DNA from: an uncultured Verrucomicrobia subdivision 3 bacterium
GTDB lineage: Bacteria; Verrucomicrobiota; Verrucomicrobiia; Limisphaerales; UBA11358
NCBI GenBank assembly: GCA_903918885.1
Contig: CAIXFY010000004.1
Coordinates: 1,166 to 65,165, forward strand
Reading direction: 5' to 3'
DNA length: 64,000 nt
Below, piece by piece: positions 46,182-58,786 of the stretch. Under the pieces are notes generated by a model that saw only the letters and a list, made by a program, of their open reading frames with translations, made no database searches and was not told the DNA's origin. The stretch's first letter is position 1. Every line of letters begins with the position of its first letter. Position numbers and translations under genes: made by a program.

Positions 46182-47579
46182 ATGTTGCAACGCGACCGCC
46201 AGATTCGGACCCAGATTCATCAGCTTGCTGATGCGGGTCTATTTGCGATGAGCTTCTGGCTGGCCTACTACTTCCGCAGCCAACCCTTCGTCAGCGAATG
46301 GTTTCCGAACAATCCCGTCCATCTGGACGACTTTGACCGGGTAATGCGCTTTTTGTTCGCCCTCGTGCCCGCCGCCCCGCTCGTGCTTGAATCGCAGGGC
46401 TTTTACAAACGGAACATCATCAGCACTCGCGCTACAATTTTTTGGCCGCTCGCCAAATCCTGCCTGATTGTAACCGTCGGGCTCGTGCTGCTGCTCTTCC
46501 TGTTCCGGGAATCCGCGCCGCGCGGCGTGATGATTCTTTTCGGCTGCACCAGTTTCGCCTTGGTCTGGATCAAGGAAGAAGTTTTGCGCGTCGCCCTCCG
46601 CAGCCGCATGGCCAAGGCCCAATACCGCCGCCGCGTCATTCTCGCGGGCATTCCCGCGGAAACCGCCCGGCTCCGCAGCGAAGTCTCGGCCAGTTACGGC
46701 GACAGCCTCGAAATCGTCGGGGAATTCAACCTGGCGGATGCACCGGTGCTGCAACTCGTCGAACAGTTGCACGAACATTCGGCCAGCGGCGTCATCGTCA
46801 GTGCACGGCACACGCAGTTCGAGCGCGTGGAGAACATCATCAAGGTCTGCGAAGTCGAAGGCGTCGAGGCCTGGCTCGTGGCAGATTTCTTCGCCACAAA
46901 AATCGCCCGCGCCAGCTTTGACGAGATGTTTGGACATCCGCTAATCGTCTTCCGCTCCACGCCGGAAACTTCCTGGCAAATGCTGGTGAAACTGTTACTG
47001 GATTTTTTTGGCTCGCTGCTTCTGCTGCTCCTGTTCGGGATGCCGATGCTGGTCATCGCGCTGTTGATCAAAATCACTTCGCCTGGCCCGGTGATGTTTC
47101 GGCAACAGCGTTCCGGGCTCAACGGCGCGCCGTTCAACATCTACAAATTCCGCACCATGACGACGAACGCCGAGCAGTTGCAGCACGAACTGGCCGCGAT
47201 GAACGAGATGTCCGGCCCCGTTTTCAAGGTGACCAACGACCCGCGCGTTACACCCCTCGGCGTCCGGCTGCGGAAGTGGAGCCTCGACGAACTGCCGCAA
47301 TTGTTCAATGTTCTCAAAGGTGAAATGAGTCTCGTCGGTCCGCGCCCGCTGCCCGTCAACGAGGTGAAGCGCTTCAACGATCTCGCGCATCGGCGCCGTT
47401 TGTCCGTCAAGCCCGGCCTCACCTGCCTCTGGCAAATCGGCGGGCGCAACAAGATTTCCGATTTCAAGGAATGGGTGCGTCTCGACCTTGAATACATCGA
47501 CAACTGGTCAATCTGGCTCGACCTCGCCATTCTTTTGCGCACAATTCCAGCGGTTTTGCGCACCACGGGAGCCAAATAA
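46182..47579 (+). CDS. Polyprenyl glycosylphosphotransferase (bacterial sugar transferase, WbaP/EpsB-like priming enzyme)
   Basis: Four N-terminal transmembrane helices, then [30 protein letters not shown] and [21 protein letters not shown]. Confidence 0.9.
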   Translation: MLQRDRQIRTQIHQLADAGLFAMSFWLAYYFRSQPFVSEWFPNNPVHLDDFDRVMRFLFALVPAAPLVLESQGFYKRNIISTRATIFWPLAKSCLIVTVGLVLLLFLFRESAPRGVMILFGCTSFALVWIKEEVLRVALRSRMAKAQYRRRVILAGIPAETARLRSEVSASYGDSLEIVGEFNLADAPVLQLVEQLHEHSASGVIVSARHTQFERVENIIKVCEVEGVEAWLVADFFATKIARASFDEMFGHPLIVFRSTPETSWQMLVKLLLDFFGSLLLLLLFGMPMLVIALLIKITSPGPVMFRQQRSGLNGAPFNIYKFRTMTTNAEQLQHELAAMNEMSGPVFKVTNDPRVTPLGVRLRKWSLDELPQLFNVLKGEMSLVGPRPLPVNEVKRFNDLAHRRRLSVKPGLTCLWQIGGRNKISDFKEWVRLDLEYIDNWSIWLDLAILLRTIPAVLRTTGAK

Positions 47580-47587
47580 TTTTCAAC

Positions 47588-48532
<945 letters not shown>

Positions 48533-48572
48533 CTTGGCAGACGCGCGCCGGAGCGCGTAAGCTGGCGGACGA

Positions 48573-49460
48573 ATGATTTTCCGCGCCCGCCAATTTGAAT
48601 TCGTCTTTCCGCGTCCGGCGCTCGTCATGGGCATCGTCAACGTCACGCCGGATTCCTTTTCCGACGGCGGAAAATTTCTGGAAGCTGATGCCGCCGTTGA
48701 CCACGCGCTGAAACTCGTCGCGCAGGGCGCGGACATCCTCGACATCGGCGGCGAATCCACCCGGCCCGGCGCCGAACCCGTCGGCGAAGCCGAAGAATTG
48801 CGCCGCGTCATTCCCGTCATCGAAAAACTTGCGCCGCAAATTAAAATTCCCATCTCGATTGACACGAGCAAGCCCGCCGTCGCCCGCGCCGCGCTGGCCG
48901 CCGGCGCGAGCATTGTCAACGACGTCGCCGCCGCCACCCGCACGGATTTTGCGATGTGGGAAATTGTCGCCGAATACCGCGCCGGCTACGTCGTCATGCA
49001 CGCGCAGGGTTCGCCATCCACGATGCAGGAAAATCCGCACTACGCGGACGTCGTGCACCAAGTCGGCGGATTCTTTTCCGAACGGCTTAGCCAGATGCTG
49101 AACGAGGTGGGCGTGTCGATGGAACAGGTGGTTTTGGATCCGGGCATCGGTTTTGGAAAGTCACTGGAGCATAATTTGCAGTTGCTCGCGGGCTTGCGGA
49201 GTTTTACAAAGTGGCGGCGTCCGTTGCTCGTCGGCGTTTCGCGCAAGTCGTTCATCATGAAATTGCTCGCCGCGGAGACGGCAGACCGTTTGCCAGCGTC
49301 GCTCGCTTGCACCACGCTGGCGCTGGCGTCAGGCGCGCAGATCATCCGCACGCATGACGTGCCGGAGACCTTGATGGCAATGCGGATGACCGAGGCCGTG
49401 CTGGCCGAACCGGCAGCAAAAAATCTGCCGTGTCTTGTCTGCGGTCGCAGCGGAAAGTGA
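48573..49460 (+). CDS. folP: Dihydropteroate synthase
   Basis: MGIVNVTPDSFSDGG, DIGGESTRPG, NDV and RTHDV motifs. Confidence 0.92.
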   Translation: MIFRARQFEFVFPRPALVMGIVNVTPDSFSDGGKFLEADAAVDHALKLVAQGADILDIGGESTRPGAEPVGEAEELRRVIPVIEKLAPQIKIPISIDTSKPAVARAALAAGASIVNDVAAATRTDFAMWEIVAEYRAGYVVMHAQGSPSTMQENPHYADVVHQVGGFFSERLSQMLNEVGVSMEQVVLDPGIGFGKSLEHNLQLLAGLRSFTKWRRPLLVGVSRKSFIMKLLAAETADRLPASLACTTLALASGAQIIRTHDVPETLMAMRMTEAVLAEPAAKNLPCLVCGRSGK

Positions 49461-49481
49461 ATTTTTTGTCCGAAAATAAAC

Positions 49482-50354
49482 ATGTGGACTGACCTCAAAA
49501 ACGGTTGGCATCCCGCGATGGAAGTTTTAATCCTCGCGGTGCTGATCTATTACGGCTTTCGCTTCGTGCGCGGCACGCGCGGCTGGCCGGTGGTTATCGG
49601 TTTTGTCGTCGTGCTGCTCGCGCTGACGGCGGCGACAACGATTTTGGATTTGAAAGTTCTCCGCTGGATTCTCGGCAGCGCGTCCGTGTTTATCGCCTTG
49701 GGCACGCTGGTGATTTTTCAGCCAGAATTACGCCGTATGTTGGCAGAGCTGGGTAATCTGCCGCTCTTCGCCAGCACCAGCGAACAGCGCGAGAGTATCG
49801 AAGTCATTATCCAAACCGTCGAACGTCTGGCCGACGTTAAAATCGGCGCGCTCATCGCCATCGAGCAGTCTATCCAGTTGCAGGAGGCGACCGAGGCCGG
49901 CATCAAGGTAGATTGCGATGTCACGGCGGAAATGCTCGAGACGATTTTTTTCCCGAACAACGCCGTGCACGACGGCGGCGTCATCATCAAAGGCGATCGC
50001 ATCGCTTACGGCGCGTGTATTTTTCCGTTGTCGCAACGCACGGATTTGAACAAGTCGCTCGGCACGCGTCACCGCGCGGCGATTGGTTTGACCGAGGAAA
50101 CGGACGCGCTCGTCGTCGTCGTGTCCGAGGAGAACGGCATGATTTCCCACGCTTACAAGGGCCAGCTCGTGCGCGGCGTGACGCTCGAAGAATTGCGCGC
50201 GTTCCTGACCTCCGTGATTTTGCGCCCCGCCCGCACGAACAATGTCATCAAGTGGATACGCGCGTGGTTTAGCGAACGCAATAAACCCGTCGGCCCCGCC
50301 GTCATCACGCGGCACGAACCGCGTCCGGCCGCGAAACCCACGACTGGCAAATGA
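49482..50354 (+). CDS. cdaA: Membrane-bound diadenylate cyclase CdaA
   Basis: Three N-terminal transmembrane helices. The DAC domain has HDGGVIIKG (the DGA-motif position) and LGTRHRAAIGLTEETDALVVVVSEE (the RHR motif). Confidence 0.9.
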   Translation: MWTDLKNGWHPAMEVLILAVLIYYGFRFVRGTRGWPVVIGFVVVLLALTAATTILDLKVLRWILGSASVFIALGTLVIFQPELRRMLAELGNLPLFASTSEQRESIEVIIQTVERLADVKIGALIAIEQSIQLQEATEAGIKVDCDVTAEMLETIFFPNNAVHDGGVIIKGDRIAYGACIFPLSQRTDLNKSLGTRHRAAIGLTEETDALVVVVSEENGMISHAYKGQLVRGVTLEELRAFLTSVILRPARTNNVIKWIRAWFSERNKPVGPAVITRHEPRPAAKPTTGK

Positions 50355-50776
50355 AATTTCTCTCCGCATTCCGCGCGTGGCTGGTCGACGACGTCGGCTG
50401 GAAAATTTTTTCGCTGATTCTCGCCGTTGCCATCTGGCTGACAGTTCATCGGATTTTGATGGAGTCCGCGCTGCCCATTGCGAACACCGGCGGCAGCACA
50501 CTCACTTACGGCAACCTGCCCGTGCTCGTCGTCGCCGCCGCGTCCGACGTGCACCTTTACCGCGTCGCGCCGGAGACGGTGAAGGTCACGGTCAGCGGCT
50601 CGCCGGAAATCATTTCCGTGCTGCAAGCCAACCAAATTCGCGCCACGGTGGATTTGACCGGCATTGATTCGGCGCGCGACCTCAAACGCAGCGTGGACGT
50701 CGCTGTGCCGTCGGGCGTCACCGTCGTCAGTGTCGAACCAGCCAAAGTCGGCGTCATCGTGCCGCCCGCAAAATAA
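50351..50776 (+). CDS. cdaR: YbbR-domain protein (short CdaR-like regulator of CdaA)
   Basis: N-terminal transmembrane helix plus one YbbR-like beta domain. ATGA overlap with cdaA, and it sits between cdaA and glmM. Confidence 0.6.
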   Translation: MKFLSAFRAWLVDDVGWKIFSLILAVAIWLTVHRILMESALPIANTGGSTLTYGNLPVLVVAAASDVHLYRVAPETVKVTVSGSPEIISVLQANQIRATVDLTGIDSARDLKRSVDVAVPSGVTVVSVEPAKVGVIVPPAK

Positions 50777-50782
50777 TTTCCC

Positions 50783-52545
<1,763 letters not shown>

Positions 52546-52574
52546 CTAGAAGTTTTCGCCGGCATTTCGGAGTT

Positions 52575-54482
52575 TCAAAATTGCAGGCGCAGGCCGCCGT
52601 AAAAGCCTCGGCCCAGCGACGGATAGCCGAAGACTTCCTGATAGCGTTCGTCCGTCAGATTTTCCGCGCGGGCGAAAATTTCCAGATGCTTTTGCACCTG
52701 CCAGCGCAAGGCGAGATTCAGCTTGGTGTAGAACGGCAATGCCACCGTGCTGGCGGGAAAGGTGTAGTAATTCACATCGGTTCGCATGCCGATGAATTGG
52801 GCCGAGGCGTCCGCGTCCAGTTTGGGTGTAATCTGCCAGTTGAGGTTGAGGCTGCCACTGTGTTCCGGGCGGCGAACCAGTTCCGCGCCGGTGGTGAGAT
52901 TCTCGGTGTCCGTCCAGGTGTAGCTGGCGCGGGCGGTGAGATTGGTCAGCACCTGCCAGGCGACAAAACTTTCCACGCCAAAGGTCCGCGCACGCGCGAC
53001 ATTTTCCGGCGCAAAAAACGGATTGCCAACGTATTGGATGAGATTGTCAAAGTTGTTGTGAAAAAACGTCGCGCCGAAGCGAAGTTTGTTTTGAAACAGC
53101 GGTTGCTCGAAGCCGGCGTCCCAGCCGACGCTTTTTTCCGGCTGCAAATTCGGATTGCTGAAATTCGGATAATACAGATCGGAAATGCTCGGCGCGCGAA
53201 AGCCGGTGCCGACGCTGGCTCGGAAAATAGTTTCCGCCTCCGGCACAGTGAAGCGTCCGCCGAAACGATAAGTTCCGTGCGTGCCATAAGTGTCGGAGTC
53301 ATCCACACGGCCACCGGCGGTGAGCGTCACGCGTTCGATGGGTGTGAAATCGTATTGCGCGTAGGCCGAATAGGTGTTGATTGTTTTGGCCAGAACGCTG
53401 TTGTTGGTGTAGCTGAAGGCCGGGTCGGTGTAAACATCGGTCAAATTTCCTGAATTATTTTCAACGGTTCCGCCAATGAGAAACGTGTGCTGCTCGGACA
53501 GCTTGAACACATTTTGAAAATCCACCTGGTTGCGCCGGCCGACGGTCTGCGAAAAATCCGACACGCCGTAGTTCGCCGCGTTTGTCGGCTGGTCATAATT
53601 GCCCTGCTCGCGCGCGTAAGACAATTTTAGCTTGGCATTCCACCAATCCGTCGGGTCGGCATTGAGGATTAGGCCGAACAGATAGCTTTCCGTTTTCAAA
53701 CGCGCAGTCGGGTCGTCGGTGAAAATATCACCGGGCACGCCGTCGTTGTTGTGAAAATAATTCGCCAGCAGCGTGGCGCTGAAGCGGTCACTGAAATCGT
53801 AGCGCGCGTGGCCGCCGAAATGATATTGCTCGTAATCGCTGTTGATGCGGTCGTTTTCGCTGCGCGCGTAGCTGCCGTCAGCAGCGACGGAAAGCTGGCC
53901 GAGGCTGTCGGAGAAATGTCCCCGCGTGATGGAAGTGTTGAAGGAGCCGTATTCCGTTTCGAGCGAGCCGGTGGGCAGGCAGGTGCCGCGCTTGGTGACA
54001 ATGTTGATGACGCCGCCGGCGGCCTCGGAACCGTAGAGCGTGCTTTGCGCCCCGCGCAAAATCTCGATGCGCTCGACGTTGTCCACGGGCAGCTGGCTGA
54101 AATCGTATTGGTTGTTGAACGGGCTGTTGACGCGGATGCCGTCCACGAGCACGAGCGTCTGGTTGTTGTTCGCGCCGCGCAGAAACACACCTTGCACCGT
54201 GCCGGGCTGACCGGTGGCAGCGACGGCCACGCCGGGTTGCGCGTGCAACACATCAACGACCATGTGCTGCTGCGACTGCGCAATTTCCTCGCGGGTGATG
54301 ACGGTGGTGGACGTGGGCGATTTTTCCTGCGGCGTGGCGATGCGTGTGGCGGTGATGGTGATTTCCTCCGGCGCGTTGGTTTCCACAACGGCGGCGGGCG
54401 TGGGAACGGAATTGGTTTCGGCGGCGCCCAAGATTGTCGGCGTCAGGAACAAGCTGGCAATAGCCAGCGAACGGATTTTCAT
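52575..54482 (-). CDS. TonB-dependent outer-membrane receptor, BtuB-like (probable cobalamin/corrinoid uptake)
   Basis: Signal peptide MKIRSLAIASLFLTPTILGA, TonB-box-like EITITATR and plug-domain motifs. The barrel ends GLRLQF. It is preceded by a cobalamin riboswitch. Confidence 0.88.
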   Translation of the reverse strand: MKIRSLAIASLFLTPTILGAAETNSVPTPAAVVETNAPEEITITATRIATPQEKSPTSTTVITREEIAQSQQHMVVDVLHAQPGVAVAATGQPGTVQGVFLRGANNNQTLVLVDGIRVNSPFNNQYDFSQLPVDNVERIEILRGAQSTLYGSEAAGGVINIVTKRGTCLPTGSLETEYGSFNTSITRGHFSDSLGQLSVAADGSYARSENDRINSDYEQYHFGGHARYDFSDRFSATLLANYFHNNDGVPGDIFTDDPTARLKTESYLFGLILNADPTDWWNAKLKLSYAREQGNYDQPTNAANYGVSDFSQTVGRRNQVDFQNVFKLSEQHTFLIGGTVENNSGNLTDVYTDPAFSYTNNSVLAKTINTYSAYAQYDFTPIERVTLTAGGRVDDSDTYGTHGTYRFGGRFTVPEAETIFRASVGTGFRAPSISDLYYPNFSNPNLQPEKSVGWDAGFEQPLFQNKLRFGATFFHNNFDNLIQYVGNPFFAPENVARARTFGVESFVAWQVLTNLTARASYTWTDTENLTTGAELVRRPEHSGSLNLNWQITPKLDADASAQFIGMRTDVNYYTFPASTVALPFYTKLNLALRWQVQKHLEIFARAENLTDERYQEVFGYPSLGRGFYGGLRLQF

Positions 54483-54705
54483 TTGTGCTGATCTTTCAAT
54501 TTGTTCGCGGAATAAAATTTCCGAAAACGGTTTTTGCTTTGGAAGACCAGCGCAGAGCCGGAAGAATTTTGAAAATAAAAAACCTCCAGACTCCGGCAAA
54601 ACGGGGAATGAAGGCATTCAACGAGTCCCGCCGAAAACAGCTCGGCGGGCTGGCTCCATCCTTCTCTTTGCGGAGAAGTGCTCCGAGTCGCTCGAAGCCG
54701 ACGAG

Positions 54706-54845
54706 CGCAATCAAACCGGTATCCTGACTCTGGCTTCAGACCTTTTCCCGCCTTCCCGCCTTGCGGCAGTGGCATTGGGAATTGTAGCCGTTACAGTGGC
54801 GCAACCGTCCCGGATTCACACCGGGTTCCCAGACATTTGACTGCG
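54706..54845 (-). promoter_or_regulatory. Cobalamin (B12) riboswitch aptamer in the 5' leader of the TonB-dependent receptor
   Basis: The minus strand reads ...CGCAGTCAAATGTCTGGGAACCCGGTGTGAATCCGGGACGGTTGCGCCACTGTAACGG...AAGCCAGAGTCAGGATACCGGTTTGATTGCG. The GGGAA/GGTG/AATCC/GCCACTG core and the B12-box-like GCCAGAGTCAGGATACC are present. CGCAGTCAA and TTGATTGCG can form P1. Confidence 0.85.
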
Positions 54846-54984
54846 ATGAGCGGAATTGCTTCCGCCGTTTCAAAGAACGCATCTTTTTTACGCCAAATTT
54901 TTTTTAAACCAAGACAATTTTTGCCCATGCGGAAAACTTGCGCCGAATCGCCAATAAATTCATACTGTCCCAACTAAATTATTT

Positions 54985-55980
54985 ATGAGCAAACCTCCCA
55001 TTCGTGTCGCCATCACCGGCGCTGCCGGCCAAATCGGTTATTCACTTCTGTTCCGCATCGCCTCCGGCGCGGCGTTCGGCCCGGATCAGCCGGTGATTCT
55101 TCATCTCCTCGAAATTCCCGACGAAAAAGCCATGGCCGCGCTACACGGCGTCTGTATGGAACTCGATGACTGCGCATTTCCGCTGCTCAAGGGACTCGTG
55201 CCGACTTCAAACCTCGACGAAGGTTTCAAGGGCGTGAACTGGGCGCTGCTCGTCGGCGCGGTGCCGCGCAAAGCGGGCATGGAGCGTAAAGATTTACTCG
55301 GCATCAACGGCAAGATTTTCACCGGCCAAGGCAATGCCATCGCCAAGAACGCCGCGAGCGACATCCGCGTGCTCGTCGTCGGCAATCCGTGCAACACAAA
55401 TTCGCTCATCGCCGCGAACAACGCGCCGGGCGTGCCAAAGAACCGTTTCTTTGCCATGACCGCGCTCGACGAAAACCGCGCCAAGAGCCAGCTCGCACAG
55501 AAGGCCAGCGTGGATGTCACCGCTGTCACCAATCTCGCCATCTGGGGCAATCACAGCGCCACGATGTATCCCGATTTTTACAACACCAAAATCAACGGGC
55601 GCCCGGTGCCGGAAGTTATCAGCCACGCGGAATGGTTGGAAAAAGATTTCATCGCCACCGTGCAACAGCGCGGTGCGGCTATCATCAAAGCGCGCGGCCT
55701 TTCGAGTGCGGCGAGCGCGGCGAACGCGGCGTGCAACACCGTTTACAAGCTCACGCATCCGACGCCCGCTGGCGACTGGTTCAGCGTGGGCGTGCATTCC
55801 GACGGCAGCTACGGCATCGAGAAGGGTTTGATTTTCAGCTATCCGGTCCGCAGCAATGGCAAGGATTTTGAAATTGTCCAGGGCGTGCCGCTCAACGATT
55901 TCAGCAAGGCGAAAATCGCCGCGACGGAAAATGAATTGAAGGAAGAAAAGTCGCTCGTCGCTGACTTGATCAAGAAATAA
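54985..55980 (+). CDS. mdh: Malate dehydrogenase (NAD-dependent)
   Basis: [30 protein letters not shown] and WGNHS motifs in 331 aa. Confidence 0.93.
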   Translation: MSKPPIRVAITGAAGQIGYSLLFRIASGAAFGPDQPVILHLLEIPDEKAMAALHGVCMELDDCAFPLLKGLVPTSNLDEGFKGVNWALLVGAVPRKAGMERKDLLGINGKIFTGQGNAIAKNAASDIRVLVVGNPCNTNSLIAANNAPGVPKNRFFAMTALDENRAKSQLAQKASVDVTAVTNLAIWGNHSATMYPDFYNTKINGRPVPEVISHAEWLEKDFIATVQQRGAAIIKARGLSSAASAANAACNTVYKLTHPTPAGDWFSVGVHSDGSYGIEKGLIFSYPVRSNGKDFEIVQGVPLNDFSKAKIAATENELKEEKSLVADLIKK

Positions 55981-55993
55981 TCATCGCAACCAC

Positions 55994-56029
55994 GGCGGCA
56001 ATCTCGCGTTGCGGGGTTGCCGCTTTTTT
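55994..56029 (+). terminator. Rho-independent terminator downstream of mdh
   Basis: GGCGGCAA ... TTGCCGC stem followed by TTTTTT, 14 nt after the mdh stop. Confidence 0.7.
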
Positions 56030-56118
56030 GTGAACCACGAAATACACGAAATGAGGAAAATTCAGAAAGGCCTTTTGCATTCGTGTATTTTGTGCGTTTC
56101 GTGGTTAAATTGTTTTGA

Positions 56119-56514
56119 ATGAAATCGCGCCCCAGAATCGGTGAAGTTGGCGAGCTGTCCATCCCCACGGACATGAAGCACGCCGTGGAATTTCATGGCG
56201 ACGGTATGCCCGCCGTCGTCTCCACACCGAATATCATCCAGTTTCTCGAACGCACTGCGCGCCACACGCTCGCACCGCATCTCGAAGCGGACGAGCGTTC
56301 CGTGGGTCTGGAGATTGACATCCGCCACCTCGCACCAACGCCGGTCGGCCAGACGATTCATTGTCGCGCGCAAGTGATCGCCGTCGAAGACCGCAAAGTG
56401 ACTTTCCAAATCGAAGCCCGCGATGCGCACGAAGTCATCGTGCGCGGCCTGCACAAACGCGCGATCATCCACACGGAAAGTTTCAGCCGCAAAGTGAAGT
56501 CCAAAGGCGGCTGA
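56119..56514 (+). CDS. Hotdog-fold thioesterase (FlK-like family)
   Basis: 131 aa. VVSTPNIIQFLERTA and SVGLEIDIRHLAPTPVG...VEDRKVTFQIEARD fit the hotdog layout. Confidence 0.65.
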   Translation: MKSRPRIGEVGELSIPTDMKHAVEFHGDGMPAVVSTPNIIQFLERTARHTLAPHLEADERSVGLEIDIRHLAPTPVGQTIHCRAQVIAVEDRKVTFQIEARDAHEVIVRGLHKRAIIHTESFSRKVKSKGG

Positions 56515-56536
56515 TTTTGGCTGTAGATTTTCACAG

Positions 56537-56577
56537 ATGAAACCCAGATTTCTCAATTGAAATTATCTGGGTTTCAT
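56537..56577 (+). terminator. Perfect 13-bp stem-loop after the thioesterase gene, possible terminator
   Basis: ATGAAACCCAGAT, a 15-nt loop, then ATCTGGGTTTCAT followed by TTTG. The U-tract is short. Confidence 0.45.
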
Positions 56578-56604
56578 TTGCGAAAATTTGTAGCGTAACT
56601 TTTC

Positions 56605-57915
56605 GTGAGTTCACCCATCGAACAAGCCAAATTCATTCGCGCTGCGCTGCCACCCGGCGGTTTGTTTGCTGGATTGGAGTGGAAGACTTCTCTCTCGCCG
56701 TTTCCGCTGGGCGAAAATCTGGCGAAAGAGATCGAAGCGCTGGGGCGCGTGCTGCTGCAATTTTATCGCGCGACCAATCTGCTTTACCGCAAGAGTGTCG
56801 AGGGCAAGCAGCCGGAATGGATCGCGCGCTGGCTCGATCTCGGCAAACCGCGTGAATTGATCGAGCTTCAGCGTTCGGCGGCTTTCAAGAACGATGTGCC
56901 GCGCGTCATACGCCCGGACATTTTGCTGACGGAAAATGGTTTCAGCATCACGGAGCTAGATTCCGTGCCGGGCGGCATCGGGCTGACCGGCTGGCTGAAT
57001 CAAACGTATTCAAAGACTGGCGCGTCCTTGCTTGGCGGAACGGACGGAATGCTGCGCGGGTTTGAATCCATTTTTGGCGACGCGAAGCAGGTTCACATTG
57101 TCGTGTCAGATGAGGCGGCGACGTATCGGCCGGAAATGGAATGGATCGCAAATCAGATCGGCAATTCAAAATTCAAAATTCAAAATTCAAAATTTGAAGG
57201 TTTCGCCGAGGGTGATGCGGTTTATCGGTTCTTCGAGCTGTTCGATTTGCCTAACGTGGTGAATGCAAAGAGGATTTTTGAACTCGCGGCGGATAACAAG
57301 ATTCGCCTGACGCCGCCGCCCAAACCGATGTTCGAGGAGAAGATGCTGTTTGCGCTGTTGTGGAACCGGAATCTCCAAAATTTCTGGCGTCAGGAACTGG
57401 GCGAAGGTTTTCTGGCGCGGCTCAAGCAAGTCATTCCTTACACGTGGCTCGTGGATCCGGCGCCGCTGCCGCCGCACGCGGCGATTCCCGAGTTGAATCT
57501 CACAGACTGGTCGCAATTAAAAATAATGTCGCAGAAGGAGCGCGACTTGATTTTGAAGGTTTCGGGCTTTTCGGAAAATGCGTGGGGTGCGCGCGGGGTT
57601 TTTCTTGGCAGCGATTTGTCGCAGGCGGATTGGAGTGCGGCGGTGGACGCGGCGCTGAAGAATTTTGTAACGTCGCCGAGCGTGTTGCAACGGTTCCACA
57701 AGCCTTCGATTGTCGAAACAAGTTGGTTTGATTTTGCGAAAAACGAGGTTGTGCCCATGAAAGGCCGGGCGCGGCTATGTCCGTATTATTTTGTCAGCGG
57801 TGAAGGTGATGCGGCGCGGCCGGCGCTCGGCGGCGTGCTGGCTACGATTGTGCCGGCGGACAAAAAAATTGTGCACGGCATGACCGACGCCGTGCTTGCC
57901 CCGTGTTCGATTTGA
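56605..57915 (+). CDS. Hypothetical protein, possibly ATP-grasp-like ligase
   Basis: 436 aa with a GTG start. Segments RPDILLTENGFSITELDSVPGGIG, FEEKMLFALLW and LILKVSGFSENAWGARGVFLG resemble glutathionylspermidine-synthase-type ATP-grasp proteins. I have no firm family call. Confidence 0.35.
   Translation: MSSPIEQAKFIRAALPPGGLFAGLEWKTSLSPFPLGENLAKEIEALGRVLLQFYRATNLLYRKSVEGKQPEWIARWLDLGKPRELIELQRSAAFKNDVPRVIRPDILLTENGFSITELDSVPGGIGLTGWLNQTYSKTGASLLGGTDGMLRGFESIFGDAKQVHIVVSDEAATYRPEMEWIANQIGNSKFKIQNSKFEGFAEGDAVYRFFELFDLPNVVNAKRIFELAADNKIRLTPPPKPMFEEKMLFALLWNRNLQNFWRQELGEGFLARLKQVIPYTWLVDPAPLPPHAAIPELNLTDWSQLKIMSQKERDLILKVSGFSENAWGARGVFLGSDLSQADWSAAVDAALKNFVTSPSVLQRFHKPSIVETSWFDFAKNEVVPMKGRARLCPYYFVSGEGDAARPALGGVLATIVPADKKIVHGMTDAVLAPCSI
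57164..57191 (+). repeat. Four perfect tandem copies of the heptamer ATTCAAA inside the 56605-57915 CDS
   Basis: ATTCAAA x4 at 57164-57191 followed by a degenerate ATTTGAA. It encodes NSKFKIQNSKFE. Confidence 0.9.
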
Positions 57916-57933
57916 CAGATAAAACATCAAAGT

Positions 57934-58758
57934 ATGAAGTTTCCAGCGATTATAAAACGCGAGCCGCTCGTGGTGGAGGCCGGAGTGTCGAAGCTTGCCA
58001 AAGTCAACTTCGCGCGCAATCCGTATCCCGCGTTACTGAAGGAGCCGGCGCAATTTTGGGACGAAATCTTTATCGCGAATGAAGCCTACATGCTAGATGA
58101 GATTACGCATCCACGGATCCGGAGGAAGTTGGCGTATGATGCCGGGGCGCATCAACTTTTTTTGGAATACATCGAAGGCGCGACGCTCAATGAACTGGTT
58201 ATGGCGGGTGTGACGGTCAAAGACCCGGCGCGGACGCATCAGCTCCTCCAGAATATCGCGGAGACGGTGGCGGACATGCACGCTGGCATCTTGTGTGCTG
58301 GCCCGATGGTTCACAATGATTTGAAGAGCATGAATGTGCTCGTGCCGATGGTGGCGCCGCAAGAAACGATGTTGATTGATTTTTCGCACTCCTATTTTGA
58401 AGGGCGGCTGCCGCCTTTTATCACGGATGAGAAGCACAATCCGACAGGGACAGCCAAGTATCGAGCGCCAGAGAAATGGGCAGGAGACTACACGCAGGGA
58501 TTCAAAAGCGACGTCTTTGCCTTTGGCGTCATGGCGTATTATGCGTATACGGGCAAACATCCATTCGTGGGGGATGCTGCCCAGATTGAGCAGCAGATTC
58601 GCGAGATAACGCCCGCGTCGCCGATTGAATTGGATGTCAAAGTCCCGCGCAACACGATGGTTTTAATGATGTCGTGTCTAGAAAAAAAACCAGAGCGGCG
58701 ACCCACCATGGAACAGGTAGCGCACTATTACGCCGCTTCAGCCGTATTGTTTAAATAA
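57934..58758 (+). CDS. Stand-alone Ser/Thr protein kinase domain protein
   Basis: Catalytic loop VHNDLKSMNVLV, LIDFS (the DFG position), GTAKYRAPE and DVFAFGVMAYYAYTGKHPF. Confidence 0.8.
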   Translation: MKFPAIIKREPLVVEAGVSKLAKVNFARNPYPALLKEPAQFWDEIFIANEAYMLDEITHPRIRRKLAYDAGAHQLFLEYIEGATLNELVMAGVTVKDPARTHQLLQNIAETVADMHAGILCAGPMVHNDLKSMNVLVPMVAPQETMLIDFSHSYFEGRLPPFITDEKHNPTGTAKYRAPEKWAGDYTQGFKSDVFAFGVMAYYAYTGKHPFVGDAAQIEQQIREITPASPIELDVKVPRNTMVLMMSCLEKKPERRPTMEQVAHYYAASAVLFK

Positions 58759-58786
58759 CAATGCGTGCAAGAACCCTGATTCAAAA

